Assembly (NCBI GenBank): GCA_963809895.1
Contig: CAWELD010000003.1
Span: 384,001 to 448,000, forward strand
DNA: 64,000 nt
Reading direction: 5' to 3'
From: an uncultured Gemmatimonadales bacterium
Lineage (GTDB): Bacteria > Gemmatimonadota > Gemmatimonadetes > Longimicrobiales > Gaopeijiaceae
Both the position numbers and the translations under genes were made by a program. Below the pieces are notes generated by a model. It saw nothing but the letters and a program-made list of their open reading frames with translations, did not search any database and had not been told where the DNA came from. This document shows, in pieces, positions 58,984-64,000 of the stretch. Each line of letters starts with the position of its first letter. The first letter of the stretch is position 1.

Positions 58984-59083
58984 GTGCCCCAGGTCCGCAG
59001 GGCGGGAGCCCACCAACTCCGTCAGGACCTCGCCGGTAGCAGCGGTACGTGCGGTGAACGCAGCTGCGGGTCGCCTGGGGCAC
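58984..59083 (+). ncRNA. ffs: Small SRP RNA (4.5S)
   Basis: Terminal stem GTGCCCCAGG/CCTGGGGCAC, CCGCAG/CTGCGG, domain IV GTCAGG-ACC-loop-GGT-AGCAGC; directly upstream of dnaX. Confidence 0.9.
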
Positions 59084-59092
59084 ATTTCTACA

Positions 59093-59132
59093 GCCTCCCG
59101 GGCCGGGCCAGTCGCCGTGCCCGGGGGGCTTT
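59093..59132 (+). terminator. Possible terminator after ffs
   Basis: GCCTCCCGGGC...GCCCGGGGGGC followed by TTT. Confidence 0.45.
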
Positions 59133-59224
59133 CGTGCCCTGGCACGGGCTGCTAGGCTAACCCCTCTGCGACGCTCCCGCGCCACGCGCGGGCGCCGCCT
59201 TCTTCAGCTGCCGGCCCGGAGTCC

Positions 59225-60931
59225 ATGGCGCACCAGGCACTGGCTCGCAAGTACCGTCCTCGCCGTTTCGCCGAGGTCGCGACCCAGGAGCACGTCTCCG
59301 AGACGTTGCGACGCGCGGTGGCCGGGGGGCGCGTGGGACACGCCTACCTCTTCTGCGGCCCCCGGGGCGTGGGTAAGACCACGCTCGCCCGCGTGTTGGC
59401 CATGGCCCTCAACTGCCCCGAGCGGGGCGACGACGGTGAGCCCTGCGGCGTATGCCCGTCCTGTCAGCGCATCTGGGGTGGGCACACCGCCCTGGACGTC
59501 GTGGAGATCGATGCCGCCTCCAACCGCGGGGTGGATGCCGCGCGCGACCTGCGGGAGCGTGCCATGTACGCGCCCTCCGAGGAGGGGCGCTACAAGGTCT
59601 ACATCGTCGATGAGGCCCACATGCTCACCCGGGAGGCGTGGAACGCCCTCCTCAAGGTTCTCGAGGAACCGCCGCCACGCGTGATCTTCGTTTTCGCCAC
59701 CACCGAGCCCCAGAAGATCCAGCAATCGGCGGCGCCCATCCTGTCTCGCTGCCAGCGCTTCGATCTGCGCCGCATCGGGGTCTCCGACATCAGCCAGCGT
59801 CTCCGGGAGGTCCTGGACGCCGAAGGGGCGTCGGCCCCCGACGAAGCGCTGCGACTCCTGGCCCGCAAGGCCGACGGCGGCATGCGCGACGGGCTCTCGC
59901 TCCTGGACCAGGTCCTGTCGCTCACCGGCGGTGAGATCAGCACCGAGGGCGTGCGTCAGGTGCTGGGGTTGGTCGAGGACGAGCGCTACGTCGAGCTGCT
60001 GGACCTCCTCCGCGACGGACGTCACGGCGACGTGTTCGGCTTCGTCGAGAGCCTGCTGGACGAAGGGTACGACCTGTCGGAGTTCTACCACGGTCTCGTG
60101 GACGTGCTGCGCACCCTTCTGCGCTTACGCCTCACCGACGCCGACAGCCTCCCCGAGCTCGCCGATCACATGCTGGCGACGTATCGCCAGCGGGCGAGCG
60201 AGTTCGAGGCCGGTGACCTGGTGCGCATGCTGGCCATGGCCTCGGAGCTGGAGAGCACCGGCAGCCTGAGGAGAAGCGGACACCCCCGGCTCCTGGTGGA
60301 GATGCTGCTGCTGCGCCTCAGCTACCTGGACCGCACCGTCGAGCTCGAGGAGCTGTTGGGCGCTCTGGGTGGCGCCCCCGCACCTGGTGGACTACCGCCC
60401 CGGCCGCCCCGGCCAGGGTCGTCGCCCGGAGAGAAGGCGTCGAACGCCGAAACGAAGTCCCCCGCCGGGCCGCCCGCGGCCGAGTCGTCTTCCGCTGCGC
60501 CGCCGCCGGCACCGGAGGCCTCGTCGTCGTCGGCTCCCGCCGCCGGGCCGCCGGATCTCACGACCGCCTGGTTCCGGGTCCTGGAGGCCGGCCAGGGCGT
60601 GCCTACGGGCATGTCCAGCTTCCTGCGCACCAGTCGTCCCCGCGACGCCGGCGAGGGGAAGGTGGCCCTCGAGCTTCCCGCCCCGGCAGCGGAGCGCTTC
60701 GGGGCCGTCGCGGGCGCCCGACACGCCCTTCAGGAGGCTCTGTCCCAGGCTCTGGGGCGCGCCGTGGAGCTCGAGATCACGGCGCTTTCCGACGCGCCGG
60801 AGCAGGGTCGGGACGGCCCCGCTCGCGTGACCCAGGACACCGTGCGCCAGGGCCGCCTTCGTGAGCTCGTCGAGAAGGAACCACTCCTGGAACGAGCGGT
60901 AGAAGAACTCGATCTCGAACTCCTCGAATGA
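59225..60931 (+). CDS. dnaX: DNA polymerase III subunit gamma/tau
   Basis: LARKYRP, GPRGVGKTT, zinc-binding Cys cluster, EIDAASNRG, IVDEAHML, NALLKVLEEPP, SRCQRF. Confidence 0.97.
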   Translation: MAHQALARKYRPRRFAEVATQEHVSETLRRAVAGGRVGHAYLFCGPRGVGKTTLARVLAMALNCPERGDDGEPCGVCPSCQRIWGGHTALDVVEIDAASNRGVDAARDLRERAMYAPSEEGRYKVYIVDEAHMLTREAWNALLKVLEEPPPRVIFVFATTEPQKIQQSAAPILSRCQRFDLRRIGVSDISQRLREVLDAEGASAPDEALRLLARKADGGMRDGLSLLDQVLSLTGGEISTEGVRQVLGLVEDERYVELLDLLRDGRHGDVFGFVESLLDEGYDLSEFYHGLVDVLRTLLRLRLTDADSLPELADHMLATYRQRASEFEAGDLVRMLAMASELESTGSLRRSGHPRLLVEMLLLRLSYLDRTVELEELLGALGGAPAPGGLPPRPPRPGSSPGEKASNAETKSPAGPPAAESSSAAPPPAPEASSSSAPAAGPPDLTTAWFRVLEAGQGVPTGMSSFLRTSRPRDAGEGKVALELPAPAAERFGAVAGARHALQEALSQALGRAVELEITALSDAPEQGRDGPARVTQDTVRQGRLRELVEKEPLLERAVEELDLELLE

Positions 60932-60982
60932 GCCCAGCCTCCATCCGCCTCGCGGCGGTGCTCGCCCCTTCCGGATGACGTC

Positions 60983-61300
60983 ATGACCAACCTTCAGCAG
61001 CTCATGCAGATGGGCCAGCAGCTCCAGGCCCGCATGTCCCAGCTTCAGGAGTCCCTGGAGCGCCAGGCGGTGACGGCCACCGCGGGCGGCGGGATGGTCA
61101 CGGTCACGGCGGACGGCAAGGGTGAGGTGAAGAAGGTCAAGATCGACCCCACGTGTGTCGACCCTGCCGACGTGGAGATGCTCGAGGACCTGGTGCTGGC
61201 GGCCGTCAACCAGGCCCAGACCAAGGCCAAGGAGCTGTACGAGGCCGAGATGAAGAAGGCCACCGGAGGGCTGCCTCTTCAGCTCCCGGGCCTGTTCTGA
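60983..61300 (+). CDS. ybaB: YbaB/EbfC nucleoid-associated protein
   Basis: AGGGMVTV, IDP, DVEMLEDLVLAAVN; between dnaX and recR. Confidence 0.95.
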   Translation: MTNLQQLMQMGQQLQARMSQLQESLERQAVTATAGGGMVTVTADGKGEVKKVKIDPTCVDPADVEMLEDLVLAAVNQAQTKAKELYEAEMKKATGGLPLQLPGLF

Positions 61301-61323
61301 GCGGCGAGCGTCGCCCTCGATCC

Positions 61324-61932
61324 ATGTCCGTCATCGATCGGCTCACCGCGGAGCTGTCCCGGCTCCCGGGGGTCGGCCCGAAGACCGCCCTCCGTCTCGT
61401 GTACCACCTGATGAAGGGTTCGGCCGACGACGCGCGAAGACTGTCCGCGGCCATCCGGGACGTCGCGGATCGGGTCCATCCCTGCGAGCGTTGTGGTAAT
61501 TTTTCGGAGGAGCGTCTGTGCGCCGTGTGCTCAGACCCTCGACGTGACGGCTCTCTTCTATGCATCGTAGAAGAGGCGTATGAAGTAGGTGCCATCGAGC
61601 GAACGGGACATTTCCGGGGTCGCTACCACGTCCTGGGAGGTCACCTGTCGCCCCTGGACGGCATCGGGCCTGAGGAGTTGAGCATCGTGTCGCTGATGCG
61701 GCGCGTGGAAGCAGAGACGCCGGAGGACGGGAACGAGAGGGTCGCCGAGGTGATCCTGGCCACCAGCTCAGGGGTCGAGGGTGAAGCGACGGCGGTGTAC
61801 CTGGAGGGCCTGCTCCGCCAGCGGGGCCTGCGGGTGACCCGTCTCGCCCGGGGTATCCCGGTGGGAAGTGACCTGGAATACGTGGATGGCAGCACGCTCG
61901 CCGAGGCGTTGGCGGGCCGGCGAGAGATGTGA
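61324..61932 (+). CDS. recR: Recombination mediator RecR
   Basis: LPGVGPKTA, C4 zinc finger, YHVLGG.LSPLDGIGP, EGEATA, RLARGIPVG. Confidence 0.97.
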   Translation: MSVIDRLTAELSRLPGVGPKTALRLVYHLMKGSADDARRLSAAIRDVADRVHPCERCGNFSEERLCAVCSDPRRDGSLLCIVEEAYEVGAIERTGHFRGRYHVLGGHLSPLDGIGPEELSIVSLMRRVEAETPEDGNERVAEVILATSSGVEGEATAVYLEGLLRQRGLRVTRLARGIPVGSDLEYVDGSTLAEALAGRREM

Positions 61933-61940
61933 GGATACGG

Positions 61941-62243
61941 ATGAAGCGGAAGCTAAAGATCGTCAGCGTGACCCTGGTCGCCGCAGCCGCCGCCGGTGCA
62001 GTCGCGGCGCTGATCGTGCGTGATCAGATCTCCCGCCACCGGCGGAATCTCTTCAGCCCGCACGCGCTCCGGCGCCTGGCCGCGCTGGGTCACATGTCCC
62101 GGGCCGAGGCGTCCGTGGACCATATCACCCTGCTCCGGGACTTCATCGCATGGGAGCCCCGGAAGCTCCTGCGCAGTCGGGCGCGGGCGATCCTCGCGAG
62201 GATGGAAGAGGAAGCGGCGATTTCGACCGCCCACGTGGGGTGA
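61941..62243 (+). CDS. Hypothetical protein with N-terminal TM and short HEAT-like helices (start 61929 or 61941)
   Basis: Hydrophobic N-terminus; RRLAALG; follows recR. Confidence 0.65.
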   Translation: MKRKLKIVSVTLVAAAAAGAVAALIVRDQISRHRRNLFSPHALRRLAALGHMSRAEASVDHITLLRDFIAWEPRKLLRSRARAILARMEEEAAISTAHVG

Positions 62244-62414
62244 CGGTCCACCTTGCCAGCCTGCGCGGATCCCCCGACTATTGGGGCCGCATGCGCCCTT
62301 GGGCGCGGTACCCCCTTCTGGAGTGCTTCGTGACGGCTCAGATTCCCGCGGCACCAGCGACCCCGGCGGCCTTCCCCGCCGTGCGCGCGCAGCGCGCGTA
62401 GGAGACCTCGACCC

Positions 62415-62993
62415 ATGTCGATGATCAACTACGCCAGCCGCGAGATCAACTGCAAAGTGGTCTACTACGGCACCGGCCTCGGGGGAAAGACCACCAACCT
62501 GGAGTACATCTATTCCAGGGTGAATCCCGAGACGAAGGGGAAGATGATCTCGTTGGCCACGGAGACGGAGCGCACGCTCTTCTTCGACTTCCTCCCCATC
62601 GACCTGGGCGAGATCCGCGGGTTCAAGACGCGCTTTCACCTGTACACGGTCCCCGGCCAGGTCTACTACAACGCATCCCGACGCCTCATTCTGAAGGGCG
62701 TGGACGGTATCGTGTTCGTCGCGGACTCGCAGCAGGAACGGGCCGAGGCCAACATCGAGTCCATGCACAATCTCTACGAGAACCTGGAGTCGTACGGGTA
62801 CGATCTCGGGTCCATTCCCTTCGCGATCCAGTACAACAAGCGGGACCTGTCCAACGCCATCGGCGTCGAGGAGATGCGAGCTCAGCTCAATCCCATGGGA
62901 GTGCCGGACTTCGAGGCCGTGGCTATCGAGGGGAAGGGGGTCTTCGAGACCCTCACGGCCGTGAGCAAGGCAGTCGTGAAGGCCCTGAGCTGA
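62415..62993 (+). CDS. mglA: MglA-family small GTPase
   Basis: [54 protein letters not shown]. Confidence 0.93.
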   Translation: MSMINYASREINCKVVYYGTGLGGKTTNLEYIYSRVNPETKGKMISLATETERTLFFDFLPIDLGEIRGFKTRFHLYTVPGQVYYNASRRLILKGVDGIVFVADSQQERAEANIESMHNLYENLESYGYDLGSIPFAIQYNKRDLSNAIGVEEMRAQLNPMGVPDFEAVAIEGKGVFETLTAVSKAVVKALS

Positions 62994-63001
62994 GCCCGGC
63001 C

Positions 63002-63646
63002 GTGTCGGAGCGTCGCCTGACCCTCCCCAACATCATCACACTCTCGAGGATCGCGGTGTGCCCGGTCCTCTTCTTTCTGGCGATGGCGCCCGGCACCGGT
63101 GCCCGCCTGGGAGCTTTCGTCCTGTTCGTGGTGGCGGCGCTCAGCGACGTATGGGACGGCTATCTGGCGCGCAAGCACGGCTGGATCACCGACATGGGCA
63201 AGCTTCTGGATCCCATCGCGGACAAGCTGCTCCTGGCCGTCACCTTCATCCCGTTCTATCTGATCAGCCATCGACCCGGCACCGTCAACGACGTGCCGTT
63301 CTGGGGTCCTCTGCCCCTGTGGGTGGTGGTGGTGATCTTCGGACGCGAGCTCTTCATCACCCTCTTCCGCACCTGGGCGGCGCGACGCGGCGTGGTCATC
63401 GCCGCTGGTCGCTCGGGCAAGCACAAGGCGCTCCTGCAGAACCTGTTCATCGGGGGAATGCTGCTCTGGTTCCCCGTGGCCAGGGCGGCGGTGGATCGGG
63501 GTTGGGGAGGAGGGGGATGGGCGTGGTGGAGCGTGTTCCACCGGTCCTTCGTTGGCCTGACGCTGGCCCTCGCCGTACTCCTGACGATCTACTCCCTGAT
63601 CGACTACCTGTGGCGGTATCGCTCCCTCCTGGGCTTCCGCGCGTGA
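63002..63646 (+). CDS. pgsA: CDP-alcohol phosphatidyltransferase (PgsA-like)
   Basis: TLPNIITLSRI, SDVWDGYLARK..ITDMGKLLDPIADK. Confidence 0.9.
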   Translation: MSERRLTLPNIITLSRIAVCPVLFFLAMAPGTGARLGAFVLFVVAALSDVWDGYLARKHGWITDMGKLLDPIADKLLLAVTFIPFYLISHRPGTVNDVPFWGPLPLWVVVVIFGRELFITLFRTWAARRGVVIAAGRSGKHKALLQNLFIGGMLLWFPVARAAVDRGWGGGGWAWWSVFHRSFVGLTLALAVLLTIYSLIDYLWRYRSLLGFRA

Positions 63647-63653
63647 GGCGTCG

Positions 63654-64000
63654 TTGAGCGGGGCGCCGCGCAGCGTGGTCGTGACCGTGGGTGACGAACT
63701 CCTGCTGGGCCGAACCGTGGACACCAACAGCGCCTGGCTGGGGGCCGCGCTGGCCGATCTGGGCGCGCCGGTCCTCGAGCGGGCCACGGTGGCGGACACC
63801 GACGACGCCATCCGGGACGCCGTGGTCCGCGCCATGGAGCGGGCGCCCCTGGTGGTGCTCACCGGAGGTCTGGGGCCCACCGACGACGACCGCACCCGCC
63901 CGGCCGTGGCGGGGCTGCTGGGCATCGACCTGGTGGTCGATCCCGACCTGTTGGCCGCTCTGGAGGCGAAGTATCTGCGTCGCGGCTACGACGCCCTCCC
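63654..64000 (+). CDS. cinA: CinA-family protein (3' partial)
   Basis: Translated by hand: VTVGDELLLGRTVDTNSAWL, TGGLGPTDDDRTR; follows pgsA. Confidence 0.88.
   Translation, partial: MSGAPRSVVVTVGDELLLGRTVDTNSAWLGAALADLGAPVLERATVADTDDAIRDAVVRAMERAPLVVLTGGLGPTDDDRTRPAVAGLLGIDLVVDPDLLAALEAKYLRRGYDAL

Noticed and set aside
60360..60560. Possible programmed frameshift in dnaX
   Set aside because: No slippery A-run is visible; the region is an ordinary Pro/Ala/Ser linker.

Overview
High-GC (about 70% by eye) bacterial chromosomal window. Gene content (SusC/SusD, barrel-less plug proteins, PadR+ADOP permeases, mglA) suggests Gemmatimonadota; this is an inference. The housekeeping backbone runs pdxJ-ispE-tRNA-Gln, prs-rplY-pth-hppA, ychF, rpsF/rpsR-DUF2232-rplI-rsfS-smc, aroF, yraN-ffs-dnaX-ybaB-recR-mglA-pgsA-cinA. 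It is interrupted by a SusC/D block (3.4-11.5 kb), a surface/peptidase/flotillin block (16-22 kb) and a ~22 kb accessory stretch between ychF and rpsF. That stretch holds two toxin-antitoxin-like modules, a hybrid two-component system, an ABC-M1 peptidase-SdpI cassette, a PadR-permease pair and lipoproteins. Main observations: (1) S6 and S18 are encoded as one fused polypeptide; (2) an HTH-pseudoNTase/DUF6036-like NTase pair has twin operators and is bracketed by a perfect 23-bp direct repeat; (3) the SRP RNA has a UCGCC loop instead of the GNRA tetraloop; (4) a degenerate MinD/BY-kinase-TM-SPOR-like gene overlaps the smc start. I saw no integrase, transposase, CRISPR array or rRNA. All calls come from reading the sequence by eye; no searches were run.
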